In this document: positions 18,801 through 28,710 of the stretch, in pieces
Position numbering within the stretch: the stretch's first letter is position 1
Layout of the letters: each line of letters opens with the position of its first letter
Source: a virus
Taxonomy: Duplodnaviria; Caudoviricetes
Length of the DNA: 64,000 bases
Direction: 5' to 3' (one strand)
Virus record (IMG/VR): IMGVR_UViG_3300013212_000088
Coordinates: 1-64,000 of that record
Program-made: the position numbers and the translations under genes
The notes under the pieces: model-generated
What the model was told of the DNA's origin: nothing
Database searches by the model: none
Seen by the model: the letters and a program-made list of their open reading frames with translations, nothing else

Positions 18801-20680
18801 ATTGATGGAATTACAGTTGTACCAGCAACTCCTAATGTTGCTTGGTTAAAATATAACTCCCCTTGAACATATGCATCACTACCAAAATATGATGTCTGTC
18901 CTACTCCAATACCGCCTGCTACTACTAATGCGCCAGAAGAAGATGATGTAGATGCTGTTGAACTATTAATTCTTCCAGTGCCATTTACATTTAGATTTCC
19001 TGATATTCCAACCCCGCCAAAAGCAAGTAAAGAGCCAGATGAGAATCCAGTAGAAGCGGTAGTGTCAGAAACAATTAAAGCTGATGAGAAAGTTTTTGCA
19101 CCAGCTATTGTTTGTGCATTTGTAGTAATTAAACCAGTGGAAGCGGCACCAGCATAAGGGATATTAAATGTATGTGTTGATGTGGATGATGATATGTTAA
19201 AATCAGATCCAGATGTTCCAGTAGCAAATGTTTGTGTTGCTGCTGTCAATCCATTTAAAGATGTAATTGCTGCTGTTACAAAAGAAGTCCATCCTAAAGC
19301 AGCAGAACCATTTGTTACTAAAGCTTGATTTGCACTTCCATCAGCTATTGGTAAAGTGAAAGTAACATTACCAGAAGAAGAGCCAGATTTAAATGCAGTG
19401 TAGAAAGTATTACCAGAATTAAAGAATCTTAATTCTTTCTGTGCTAATATTTCAATGTTATTGGAAACATCTATCGTGCCAAATACATTTAAACTACCAC
19501 CAATACCAACACCACCAGATACTACTAATGCGCCTGTAGATGTAGAACCAGAAGCTGTTGCCCCTTGAATAAAGACAGAACTAGCAAAATATGATGTTAA
19601 ACCTACACCAATACCGCCTGAGAACACAACACCACCAGTAGCAGAAGAAGTAGATGCTGTGGCTGAAGTAAATCCAGAAACACCACCAACATATAAGCTT
19701 CCTCCAATACCAACACCGCCTGTTATTCTTACAGCACCAGTGGTTGTATTAGTAGAAGCAGTAGACCCAGTAATGGTCATTCCTATACCAAGAATGTTTC
19801 CAGAAGGATACAAACCAACCATTAATGATCCAGGGTTGTTTTGCACCTCAATTGCTGGATATCCATCAGAGTTAAACCCTCTAACAACAATACCAGCAGC
19901 ATTATCTTTTTGAACAGATACACCAGGAATTCTACCGTCAGCGTGGGTTAAAACAGCTCCAAAGTTAAAAGTACCAGAGCTATTAATCCAAGAAAGGTTT
20001 GAGGCAGAACTATTTTGCCATTGTTGTAAGTTGCCAGTTTGAGATGTTGCACCCCTAACTGTAATACCTATACCTGTTGCAGTGGGGATAGTAACAAGTA
20101 ATCTTTGAAGTGCATCTAGAACTGTGATATCTGAGTTAGTACCAGCAGTAGCAGCACTTAAATTAGTTCTAGCATTAGCAGCAGTAGTAGCGCCTGTACC
20201 ACCATATAAAATACCAACAGCAGATCCATTCCATGTACCAGAGCTGATTGTTCCAACACCAGTAAGAGAAGAATTGACTACAGTAGATCCTAAAGTAGTG
20301 GAATCTAATACTCTAGTTCCGCCAATTCTTAATGTTTTTCCAGAACCAGCGTTGATATCACCATTAACATCTAATTTATATAATGGGTTTACTGTACCAA
20401 CACCAACATTACCAGAGAACTCAGCAATTCCAACTGTACCATCAGCATCTATTCTTAAAGATGGAATACCTGATATATCATTGACTGAAAATATTGTTCC
20501 AGTGGTGACAGAATTGGAAACAGAAAAGAGTTGCCCCGTAGAGCCTTCAAAAGAAATCGTATTATCATCTAAAACATAAAGATAAATCGGATCATTTGTA
20601 GAGCCAATAAAAGCGATATTAGGATAACCACTTTTACCTTTATTTGTTTCAATACGAATATTCTTATCTGAATTGGCCAT
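15872..20680 (-). CDS. Long tail-fibre-like protein (1602 aa), modular
   Basis: Gly/Ser/Thr-rich; 34-aa TGA.V.SGGVGIGG repeats, WNG..V....GGTG motifs, DDNKDRGIEF module, internal copy of the N-terminal domain, C-terminal KSFVIDHP...LEGPE domain. Confidence 0.8.
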   Translation of the reverse strand: MANSDKNIRIETNKGKSGYPNIAFIGSTNDPIYLYVLDDNTISFEGSTGQLFSVSNSVTTGTIFSVNDISGIPSLRIDADGTVGIAEFSGNVGVGTVNPLYKLDVNGDINAGSGKTLRIGGTRVLDSTTLGSTVVNSSLTGVGTISSGTWNGSAVGILYGGTGATTAANARTNLSAATAGTNSDITVLDALQRLLVTIPTATGIGITVRGATSQTGNLQQWQNSSASNLSWINSSGTFNFGAVLTHADGRIPGVSVQKDNAAGIVVRGFNSDGYPAIEVQNNPGSLMVGLYPSGNILGIGMTITGSTASTNTTTGAVRITGGVGIGGSLYVGGVSGFTSATASTSSATGGVVFSGGIGVGLTSYFASSVFIQGATASGSTSTGALVVSGGVGIGGSLNVFGTIDVSNNIEILAQKELRFFNSGNTFYTAFKSGSSSGNVTFTLPIADGSANQALVTNGSAALGWTSFVTAAITSLNGLTAATQTFATGTSGSDFNISSSTSTHTFNIPYAGAASTGLITTNAQTIAGAKTFSSALIVSDTTASTGFSSGSLLAFGGVGISGNLNVNGTGRINSSTASTSSSSGALVVAGGIGVGQTSYFGSDAYVQGELYFNQATLGVAGTTVIPSIAFIGQTNNPITLSILADNTLSFEGSSGQLFSINNNLSSGTIFSVNEISGLPILRANANGTLSMAEFGTSVGVGTSLPGFKLHVMGDVNIGTGYTYRINGTKVIDAISLGSAVVLSSLTSVGTLTSGTWNATTIGVIYGGTGQTSYTDGQLLIGSSTGGTLIKSTLTAGSGILITNASGAITVSTTGAGITNLNGLSGSSQTLAVGSSGSDFNISSSGSSHTFNIPDASASNRGLVTTGTQTFAGSKTFSNDVTVTGNLTINGTTTTVNSTISTLVDPVFTLGTATGGTNPGTDDNKDRGIEFKYFSGTAKTGFFGFDDSTGFFTFIPDAANSSEVFSGTTGVIDATRITGTAAAWTNAITFSLGGDLSGSVSFSGTGNTTLTATIAANSVALGTDTTGQYASTIAISGSGITAISAAGDDGTAYTIYSSAVSTNTASAIVLRDGSGNFSAGTITANLSGTATSAQVLSTVTDTSSNLYFLGSRSSTGFAGTQVYVDTSVYAIGATLYATTFNGALQGNAATATTASFADQLTTPRTISLGGDLSGSVVFSGAGNTTLTATIAANSVALGTDTTGQYAETITISGSGITATSAAASDGTGYVIYSSAVSTNTSSAIVLRDGSGNFSAGTITASLTGTASTSTNSTTTTLSGTMYLTGTLISGAASGGTALQVASGLNFASSSGTLTATAFSGSLSGTATSSQVIATTTDTTSTLYLLGSRSSTGFAGTAVYVDTGISALGNTLTATTFVGSLTGTATTATNATNVIFSADTTNTNRRLLYSYSGTGSSGVFNTGTLFVNPSTSAVGASIITATTSLLIRPGIDAASGVSIGNSAGTAYVYFDTTNNRVGINTATPQYDLHIIGEISATNKSFVIDHPTKEGMHLRYGSLEGPENGVYIRGKLIGCNTIELPEYWTNLVDFDSISVNLTPIGRFSQLYVEKIENNTVYVQDNCLNPIKCFFTVYAERIDIPKLEVEY

Positions 20681-20767
20681 TTTTATGCTCTTTTATTAGG
20701 GAGAAAAGAAATTGAGTTTCTTCTTATTTATTTGGCTATCTCAAGGCTTTCATCCTTGTGAATGAGA

Positions 20768-22759
20768 CTAAACTCCATATCTAGATCTCATCAGTTCAAA
20801 GTTTTCTCTCATTTCTTTAGGACTTAGAGCTTTGTTGTAAATTTGCACCTGATAAATAGTGCCGTTGAAATAGTCTTTAGAACCACCACCTAAAGTAGCT
20901 CTTCCAACATTTACACCAGCTACATCTGTAAGTGTTGTGGAAGAAAGGGCGACATTTCCATCTTCAACGCCATTTATATATAATCTCATTAATGAACCAG
21001 CTCTATCATAAACAACAGCACCACAGAATATTCTTCCAGTGTTTACAGATTGAGAAGAATATTTACCAGCAGTTCCAGCACCATCAGCATATAATTTTGC
21101 TCCTAAAACATATAGTTGAAATCCTGAACCATTTCTTTTTGAGGCTATACAATTTAAAACAGATGAAGTAGTTTTAAACCAACCTATAATAGTTGCGCTT
21201 CCAGTAGAGAGATCAAATCTACTTGCTGTTGGAACTGTAGCGAATGATGAAGAGCCGTCAAAAATAAAAGCTCCTCCATGTACAGGAGAAAATGTCATGC
21301 TATTTAATGTTGCTGTGCTCCCGCTACCGCTTATTTCATACCAAGATGTTCCAGAGCCAGAATAAGAATCTTTATTTCCAGCATCTAAATGTAAAATAAG
21401 GTTTTGTTGAGGAATTAAAAAATATCTCCCTTTCAAAGCTCTATAATTTTGCATAACTTCATTAGGTGATAATTCTCTATCATAAAGCAATATTTGAGAT
21501 ATTCTGCCTTTTGTGTGTCTTCCTAAAGCAACACTATCTCTTGCTAATTGTAACTGCCCGAAAGTATGTGAAGACCTAGATTTTACTTGAGTATTACCAC
21601 GAACATCATTTAAATAATATCTAGATTCAATGGGAGAAACTGTACCAACCATATAATTCCATTTATTTGCCGAAGGAATAATGCCAGAATTGAATGCCTC
21701 TCCGCCATCATTATTCCAAGTAGAAGAAACATAATTGTTATCATGTAAAATGAGTCCAGTAGCCGAATACCCTCTATCAAAAATAATTGCATCATAAGTA
21801 TCTGGAGTGCCATCATAATAAACCCAAGTACTAAAAGTTGCTTCAGTTACAGTTTCACTTATTGAGCTTATAGTTTCGCCATAATCATTCGTGCCATCAA
21901 AATAAAAGAAACCAGTGGCCCCAGATCCAGTGTAAGCAGGGCCATTATATAAGATTGAATGATAGTTATTACCTGAAATGTCATACCAAATTGTCCCCAC
22001 TCCAGCATATGAAAGAGGAGTGGTAGCATCGTAATGTATCAATAATCCATCTTTGACAATAGGTAAATTATAAGTATATTTTTGGTTATTAGCTTCAAAA
22101 TTTTGGGCAATTTCTGTATCTGTCAATTCTCTGTTGTATATTTTGACAGAGTAGATTCTTCCATTGAAATAAAATCCAGAACCAAAATGTTTACCAAGAA
22201 AAACTGATGCAGAATTAGATGCTACTTTAGATGCATATGTAGCAGAAATAACACGGTTCCCATCTTTATATATTTTTTTATTTGTGGTAGTACTGTTAAT
22301 TGTTGCGCTTACTGTTTGAATATTTCTGTTTTCTTGAAATGATGATGTTGCAAGACTATTTCCTGTACCACTAGAATCACCTGTCAACCAATATAGATGT
22401 GTTGAATTAAAAAGCATGTAATCAGTGGCGGTGGATACATCAGAAGAGCGTTTTGCAATTAAAGATGATGCTGTAGAGAAATTGTAAACATCGTAAACAA
22501 TTTCTATAGTAGCTGATGTTCCTGTTCCAATATTTAAAGAAGTGGAATGAGGTATTTCTATATAGTCATTACTTCCATCTAATTCAAAAAAACCACCATA
22601 GGAATTATATAAAACACCATTATTTAAAGTGCCATTATTTCTATATCCACTAATGTCATACCAAGTATTTCCAGACCCAGAATATGATTTAGTATTTGTA
22701 GCATCTAAATGTAATACAAGATTAGAGGAAGTTAAGTTTTTACCTTGAAAAAGAGCCAT
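20768..22759 (-). CDS. LamG/ConA-like protein (3 domains)
   Basis: Three L.L..DA.N / IYN..L...E..QN frames; ends RYGV-TAG. Confidence 0.85.
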   Translation of the reverse strand: MALFQGKNLTSSNLVLHLDATNTKSYSGSGNTWYDISGYRNNGTLNNGVLYNSYGGFFELDGSNDYIEIPHSTSLNIGTGTSATIEIVYDVYNFSTASSLIAKRSSDVSTATDYMLFNSTHLYWLTGDSSGTGNSLATSSFQENRNIQTVSATINSTTTNKKIYKDGNRVISATYASKVASNSASVFLGKHFGSGFYFNGRIYSVKIYNRELTDTEIAQNFEANNQKYTYNLPIVKDGLLIHYDATTPLSYAGVGTIWYDISGNNYHSILYNGPAYTGSGATGFFYFDGTNDYGETISSISETVTEATFSTWVYYDGTPDTYDAIIFDRGYSATGLILHDNNYVSSTWNNDGGEAFNSGIIPSANKWNYMVGTVSPIESRYYLNDVRGNTQVKSRSSHTFGQLQLARDSVALGRHTKGRISQILLYDRELSPNEVMQNYRALKGRYFLIPQQNLILHLDAGNKDSYSGSGTSWYEISGSGSTATLNSMTFSPVHGGAFIFDGSSSFATVPTASRFDLSTGSATIIGWFKTTSSVLNCIASKRNGSGFQLYVLGAKLYADGAGTAGKYSSQSVNTGRIFCGAVVYDRAGSLMRLYINGVEDGNVALSSTTLTDVAGVNVGRATLGGGSKDYFNGTIYQVQIYNKALSPKEMRENFELMRSRYGV

Positions 22760-24885
22760 TATAAACCAAACCTCCCTCTTAAAGCATTGAAGTTTTGTAT
22801 TATTTCTGCTTGTGATAATTCTCTGTCATACATCATCACAATGTAGATTTCTCCCTTCCACCAATAGTCGCTTACCCCTGAATTTAAGCATCCGGCACAA
22901 GCGCCTATAACGTATCTACTTAATGTAATGTCGCCAGTACCAAGAGAATTGGATGAAAGTGAAGGTGATATTTTTGTAACACTATCTGTATCTAAAATCG
23001 AGATTGCTGTTCCTGCGTAAGATCTTGAAAGACCTAATTGATATACAGTATTGTTTTGGAAAGTGGTTGGAGAACTGCTTTCATCATATGTAGATGAAGT
23101 AGTAGATGCAAAATTGAATGTTTTGTATGCTGATGGATTGTCAAGTCCAATTCCAATTCCATTATTTCTAGAAGCAGCAAAATCAGTAGTGTCTATTGCA
23201 TACTGCCTACCTGAACCGCTCATTGTTTTACACCAGACATATACTGACAATTCTTGTTTATTAGTCAGGTTTTTACTAGTAGTGCAAAGAAAAGCTGCTT
23301 TAGATGTGTTGCCATTAAAATAAAAACCATTATTTTGGAATACAGGCAAAGAAGTTCCATAAGTGACCATTCTTGCATGATTTTGGTTTCCGCTTAAATC
23401 ATACCATTTAGTACCCTTACCTGGATATGAGTTTTTATCAGCGGCATCTAAAAGTAATACCAAGCCTTTTCTTACAATATCTGGATTAAATGAGTTTTGA
23501 ATTGCCCTATAGTTTTGACCAATTTCTGTATTAGTAAGTGCTCTGTTGTAAACTTTAACATTGTAAACATTAACATTAGGGCCAAGATAAGCTCCAGTGT
23601 CAAATCTACCAATATTAACTGGCTTAGCATTGTCATAAGATAACGATGATGTGTATGGTACTGTTGATGTAAGTCTGCCATTAATGAAAGTCTTAATACT
23701 GTTCAAATCATATGTCATTGCATAGTGGTAAGTTTTATTTACAACAACATCAGAAAGTGCGAATGAAGTGCCATCAGCATTCAAATACCATGTAAGCCTG
23801 TTTGTGTTTGCACCTGAATACAATGCCCAAGTACCGCCATTTACATTTAGAGGCTTATTAATAATGTGTTCGTAACCAGAGATTGTCCCTGTTAATTTAA
23901 ATGTAATCTCTGCGGACATTCTTGTAAGTCCATTAAAAGCTGTGGCAGAATCTGTAGTAAAGTAATCGTCTGCCCCATCAAATACAATTCCACCACCATT
24001 TTCTGAAGTAAATGCAGGACCAGAGTATAGTTGTCCATTTGCATAAGAACTAGACAAATCAGCCCATACAGTAGAGTTAGAACTAGAATAAGACTGTGGA
24101 TTTGAAGCATCCAAATGAAATATTAAACCATCTGTAACATATGGTTGTGATTTCTTTACATATTTTTGCACAGTTGACAGATATAAAGATTTAATTTCGT
24201 CTGCTGAAAGGTTTCTATTATAAAATTGTGCTGAAGCTATTTGACCTTTGAGGTATCCATAACCCCAAGGCACTCTACCAAAAGCAGTTCCTGTGCCTGT
24301 TACACTTGATTTACTGCCTGTTATGGACCTATCTAAAACTCCGTTAATAAATATTCTTTGTTGATAATTTAAATTGTTATAGCAAAATACGACATGATAC
24401 CAAACATTAGCAACAGGAACAGTTATGCTTGCAGAATCATTAGCCCAAAGACCTAAGTAAAAACCAGATCCTCTTTGAAGAAGGTGGACTTGACCATTAG
24501 TGCCACAAATACCTTGATCAACTCCAATGTTAATACCATCAAACTTAATCCAAAAAGCAACGGACCAGGAATTATCTACCCAAAATGTTGATGGAATACT
24601 CGAACAATCTATATAGTCATTAGAACCATCAAAAATAAAATATCCACGATTACTTGATGAATAGGCAACACCATTAGTGAGAGTGCCATTTCTTCCATTA
24701 CCAGATAAATCATAAACTGTATTTCCAGAACCAGAATATGATTTAGGATTAGTAGCATCATAATAAGCAACTAATTCATCTCTTAAGATTCTCGGACCAA
24801 CACCTCTACTGATCCCAAGGTCACGAGCAGAATATCCAATTGCGGCTATTCTGTTATTAAAAAATCCTTGGGTAATTAGAGACAT
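22759..24885 (-). CDS. LamG/ConA-like protein (3 domains)
   Basis: Three LamG frames. Confidence 0.85.
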   Translation of the reverse strand: MSLITQGFFNNRIAAIGYSARDLGISRGVGPRILRDELVAYYDATNPKSYSGSGNTVYDLSGNGRNGTLTNGVAYSSSNRGYFIFDGSNDYIDCSSIPSTFWVDNSWSVAFWIKFDGINIGVDQGICGTNGQVHLLQRGSGFYLGLWANDSASITVPVANVWYHVVFCYNNLNYQQRIFINGVLDRSITGSKSSVTGTGTAFGRVPWGYGYLKGQIASAQFYNRNLSADEIKSLYLSTVQKYVKKSQPYVTDGLIFHLDASNPQSYSSSNSTVWADLSSSYANGQLYSGPAFTSENGGGIVFDGADDYFTTDSATAFNGLTRMSAEITFKLTGTISGYEHIINKPLNVNGGTWALYSGANTNRLTWYLNADGTSFALSDVVVNKTYHYAMTYDLNSIKTFINGRLTSTVPYTSSLSYDNAKPVNIGRFDTGAYLGPNVNVYNVKVYNRALTNTEIGQNYRAIQNSFNPDIVRKGLVLLLDAADKNSYPGKGTKWYDLSGNQNHARMVTYGTSLPVFQNNGFYFNGNTSKAAFLCTTSKNLTNKQELSVYVWCKTMSGSGRQYAIDTTDFAASRNNGIGIGLDNPSAYKTFNFASTTSSTYDESSSPTTFQNNTVYQLGLSRSYAGTAISILDTDSVTKISPSLSSNSLGTGDITLSRYVIGACAGCLNSGVSDYWWKGEIYIVMMYDRELSQAEIIQNFNALRGRFGL

Positions 24886-24888
24886 TTT

Positions 24889-25449
24889 TTAAGTCCTTGA
24901 TGTTGGTGCTGTTGCTGAATTAAGGGTGAATGTCTTTACTGCTGTCGTACCATCATTAGCATACATAGTCATTGTTGTTCCAGAAATCACCCACTTACCA
25001 AATCCTTGAGCTCTTGCAGCATTTAAACAATCACCAATAGTTTCTGCAGTGTTTGATACCGGAATTGCTTGTGTTGTATCTAAATATGCACCAGCTTCTA
25101 AATCATATTCCATCAAAACAGGAATCATATTTGCTGCACCTGATACCATTACCACTGCTTTATCAACACCAGAAGCAAAAACGGCATTAGGAATATCAAA
25201 TCTATATAAACCTGGCATTCTAGTTTGATCCACTTCTACAAAACCACCAGAAGAATATGATCCTGTAACTGTTTGTGTAGCTAATGTAATTGTTGTTGCT
25301 GATCCTGCAGGTCTGATATAATGAGACAACAATCCACTACTTTGATATGTAAGGCCTGTTAAGCCCGTTCCTGTTGCTGAAGTACTATCACCAACAAAAA
25401 TATATTCTATTCTTGATGTGCTTCCTTTCCTTACTGATAATTTTGCCAT
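24889..25449 (-). CDS. Stand-alone GLTGL-type module protein (186 aa)
   Basis: TGLTGLTYQSSGLLSHYIRP...YSSGGFVEVD...MPGLYRFDIPNAVFASG matches the modules in 7656..12592. Confidence 0.8.
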   Translation of the reverse strand: MAKLSVRKGSTSRIEYIFVGDSTSATGTGLTGLTYQSSGLLSHYIRPAGSATTITLATQTVTGSYSSGGFVEVDQTRMPGLYRFDIPNAVFASGVDKAVVMVSGAANMIPVLMEYDLEAGAYLDTTQAIPVSNTAETIGDCLNAARAQGFGKWVISGTTMTMYANDGTTAVKTFTLNSATAPTSRT

Positions 25450-25450
25450 G

Positions 25451-27097
25451 TTACCCTCTCATACCACCATTCATATTCGTTCTTATAGGTGGATTTTTAC
25501 TTTGATACGGTCCTAAATCTTTATTTTGCTTTGTGTTTGTATCTAATAATGTCAATGGAGTAGAATCGTATCTGGCTTCTTTTCCACCACCTATATCTTC
25601 ATTAAGAGTAAAATCACCGTTATTTGCATTTCTGAACGGAGATTTGGTAAGAAATATTTCATTTACACCTATAAACTTATCAGTTGCATATGAATTATAA
25701 ATAGTTGTTCCTGCTCCACCACGATTTAAATAATATGCATTGGTATCAAGTAAAAATGGTTGAGGAGCATATCCGCATACAGGTCTTACAGTGAATCCAT
25801 TGATGTCAGATACAATATTATTCATAACAAAGGTAATGGCTGCATTCAAACCAACACCACCAGTACAATTGTTGTATGCTCCTACAAAATAGCCAGCTCC
25901 ATAAAGTTCGTGAATAATGTTATTTTTTATCATTGCATAAAAGAAATGATTAGTATTTTGCCAAGTAAAATCGTTTGAAACAGTATTTCTAATTATAATA
26001 GAATTAGATATTAGAGACGCACTACTAAAAATTGTATAGTAATTTGGCTTATTGGCAAAAATACAATAATCAAAAACGATTCCAGACCCTACAGTGTTAT
26101 CAAATACGCAAAATCTTGATTGCATGCCTGAGCCATAACTTCCACTCATATTTTTAAAAATGCAATTAGTAGCAGTTGAGTATGGTTGGTTGTTATTAAA
26201 AGCAAAAGCATATGAAGAAATATTGTTGTTTCCATTGAACTCAATATTGCTCATTTTAGTAAATGTACCGTCCCATCTTCTGAATACTGAAGTATCAGGT
26301 CCGATTAAAGAAAACACTGGCCTTTGTTTATCAGTTCTGTAAGTGCCATATCCAACTATATGTGGAGAAGAACTACCTCCAAACAAAATTGACAATCCAT
26401 TAACTTCGTATGTTCCATCCGCCTTGATATAAACTATTCCATAAGAGTTTAAATATATCGAACTTGACAATCCTGTATACGCTGTTCCAAAAGCACCACC
26501 TAAATTAGCAACACCATTTGAACTTAATGACGTACCTGCGGCTCTATCTAATTGTGCAATTACGCCTGATGTAGAGTTTATTACATACACACTTGCAGTA
26601 AATCCTGAACCAGAAATAATTCTAATTGTGTTACCAATCATTGCAGAGGTTATGGGATTTGCAATGCTAGAACAAGTCGTAGTACTATTAAGATATAAAT
26701 CTGTAAATGACACTCTAGCTGAATTATTTTGAGAATAATCAATAGCCCAAGTACCAGAACTTAAAGAATTAGTTGAGCCTATTCCATTTGAAGAAGAAAG
26801 AACTGAATTTAATTTAATAAATTGTCCGCTTGCTGCATTTAAAACTGCTGAACCAGATGATATTGAAGTAATTAAATACCATCCAGGAGTCCAGCTTGTA
26901 CCTGATTTTATATACAAGTAATAACCAATATCGCCTGAAACAAAAGTATAATCTGAAGCTGTAACTGTAGGGGTTGAACTTGTGCCATTGGAAGAAGACA
27001 AAGTGCTTTTCATAGTGGCATTAGGATCAAAACCACCAGAATTATTATCACTTCCTAAGCTTCTTACTTCCCAAATTGCATATGCGCTTAATGCCAT
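25451..27097 (-). CDS. Parallel beta-helix-like protein (548 aa), paralogue of 27100..28710
   Basis: Shared N-terminus MA.SA.A..E.RSLG.D.NSG.FDPNAT; Asn-rich repeats; PF.NA.N..F.LN...GG C-terminal motif. Confidence 0.65.
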   Translation of the reverse strand: MALSAYAIWEVRSLGSDNNSGGFDPNATMKSTLSSSNGTSSTPTVTASDYTFVSGDIGYYLYIKSGTSWTPGWYLITSISSGSAVLNAASGQFIKLNSVLSSSNGIGSTNSLSSGTWAIDYSQNNSARVSFTDLYLNSTTTCSSIANPITSAMIGNTIRIISGSGFTASVYVINSTSGVIAQLDRAAGTSLSSNGVANLGGAFGTAYTGLSSSIYLNSYGIVYIKADGTYEVNGLSILFGGSSSPHIVGYGTYRTDKQRPVFSLIGPDTSVFRRWDGTFTKMSNIEFNGNNNISSYAFAFNNNQPYSTATNCIFKNMSGSYGSGMQSRFCVFDNTVGSGIVFDYCIFANKPNYYTIFSSASLISNSIIIRNTVSNDFTWQNTNHFFYAMIKNNIIHELYGAGYFVGAYNNCTGGVGLNAAITFVMNNIVSDINGFTVRPVCGYAPQPFLLDTNAYYLNRGGAGTTIYNSYATDKFIGVNEIFLTKSPFRNANNGDFTLNEDIGGGKEARYDSTPLTLLDTNTKQNKDLGPYQSKNPPIRTNMNGGMRG

Positions 27098-27099
27098 AA

Positions 27100-28710
27100 T
27101 TAACCACCCATTCCTATAATTGCGCCTGGTATAGATGGATTATTTCTAAATTGAGTGATGCCAATACTTCTATAATTTTCAGTGTTGATGCCTGTATATG
27201 TAATTCCAGCTCCTGCGTAACGACAAGCAGCACCACCGCCTATTGTAGAGTTCAATGCAAAATTACTATTTGCAGCATTTACAAAAGGATCTGCAATTAA
27301 TATAATTTCGTTTTCTATAATAAACTTTGGCGATGTATGTAAGTTTGGTGGTTCTGAATTAATTGATCCATTGTTATGATAAGCATTAGATTTTATGTCC
27401 AAAGCATAATTACTGAATCCGGTATACCCATAAATTGTTCCTGAATTTCCAGCAAATATGTTGTTATGAATAAAAAGTGCTTTGCGTGTGCTGTTTATAT
27501 TTGAATAAACTACATTAGTGCATGTATTGTTGTAAAAAATACAATTGCTTAATTGAGTTGGTACTTCAGTAAAATTATGATAAAGTATTGTTGTTGCTGA
27601 ATTACCAGCTATCAAACAATCTTGCATCATTACATCTGTAAGAAGCGCAGAACCTGTAGCAGCGCAACCAGAAATTGTAGAATTATGGAACTCGAGTGTG
27701 CCAAAAAACTTAACATTTTTATATAGATTTTTGACAGCATATCCTGAGCCAATATTCCCAGTAAGATTTTCAAATACACAATTGTAACTTGCAACAGCTG
27801 CAGTTGTAGAATCAAAACCTAAAGAGTTAGAATTATTTTGTCCATCAAACTCTAAATTATATATTTTAAAGAAGTATGCTCTTTTGATTGCAGTTGAATT
27901 AGCACTTATGAGAAACTTAGCTCTTTGGTTGTCAAATCTGTAGGTCCCATAACCTCTGATATATGGAACTTCGTTTCTTGTATTTGTAATTGTAGAAATA
28001 CCGCTAACAGTGTAATTGCCATCATTTTTGACATACATACAATTGTTGCCAGATAAACCAGTTCTTAAATCATCAAATCCTTGTTTTATGGACTTAATTG
28101 CACCACCCAATACTCCTGTCCCACCAGTAGATCCTTGAGTTCCAGCATTTCTATCTAATTTAGCTGTATTTCCAACTGATGAAACTGAATTAATTACATA
28201 TAAAACTGCAGTGTAGCCCGTCCCAGTAATAATTCTTAAAGTATTACCAACCATAGCAGTAGTAAATGCATTTCCAGCACTACTTATAATATCTGTTCCA
28301 TTTAAAACTAGATCTGTAAACGAATGGCGTGGGGTACTTGATTGTGTGTAATCTATTGTCCAAGTGCCTGAAGATAGAGAGCTGGTTGTCCCTACTCCAT
28401 TCCAATGGGATTGATTCTCCATTGTATTTACAGCTTCACCTTTAACTGCATGTAAAACGGCAGAATTACCAGTTGCTGAAAGTATTCTATACCATCCAGG
28501 ATACCAGTTTGTGCCTTGCCTTATATAAAGGTAATGATCGACATCACTAGCACTAAAGGTATATGATAAAGTTGAAACACTTGGATAAATACTTGTGCCA
28601 TTAGCAGAAGATAAGTTTGTTGCTAAAGTGGCGTTAGGATCAAAAACACCTGAATTATAATCATTTCCCAGACTTCTAATTTCTGTTAAAGCAAATGCAC
28701 TGATAGCCAT
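27100..28710 (-). CDS. Parallel beta-helix-like protein (536 aa), paralogue of 25451..27097
   Basis: Shares the N-terminal and C-terminal motifs of 25451..27097. Confidence 0.65.
   Translation of the reverse strand: MAISAFALTEIRSLGNDYNSGVFDPNATLATNLSSANGTSIYPSVSTLSYTFSASDVDHYLYIRQGTNWYPGWYRILSATGNSAVLHAVKGEAVNTMENQSHWNGVGTTSSLSSGTWTIDYTQSSTPRHSFTDLVLNGTDIISSAGNAFTTAMVGNTLRIITGTGYTAVLYVINSVSSVGNTAKLDRNAGTQGSTGGTGVLGGAIKSIKQGFDDLRTGLSGNNCMYVKNDGNYTVSGISTITNTRNEVPYIRGYGTYRFDNQRAKFLISANSTAIKRAYFFKIYNLEFDGQNNSNSLGFDSTTAAVASYNCVFENLTGNIGSGYAVKNLYKNVKFFGTLEFHNSTISGCAATGSALLTDVMMQDCLIAGNSATTILYHNFTEVPTQLSNCIFYNNTCTNVVYSNINSTRKALFIHNNIFAGNSGTIYGYTGFSNYALDIKSNAYHNNGSINSEPPNLHTSPKFIIENEIILIADPFVNAANSNFALNSTIGGGAACRYAGAGITYTGINTENYRSIGITQFRNNPSIPGAIIGMGG

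Noticed and set aside
8729-20770. Stop-codon reassignment, as seen in some large phages
   Set aside because: TAG (20768, 10799) and TGA (8729, 12594) end genes at the same positions as their paralogues, so the standard code fits.
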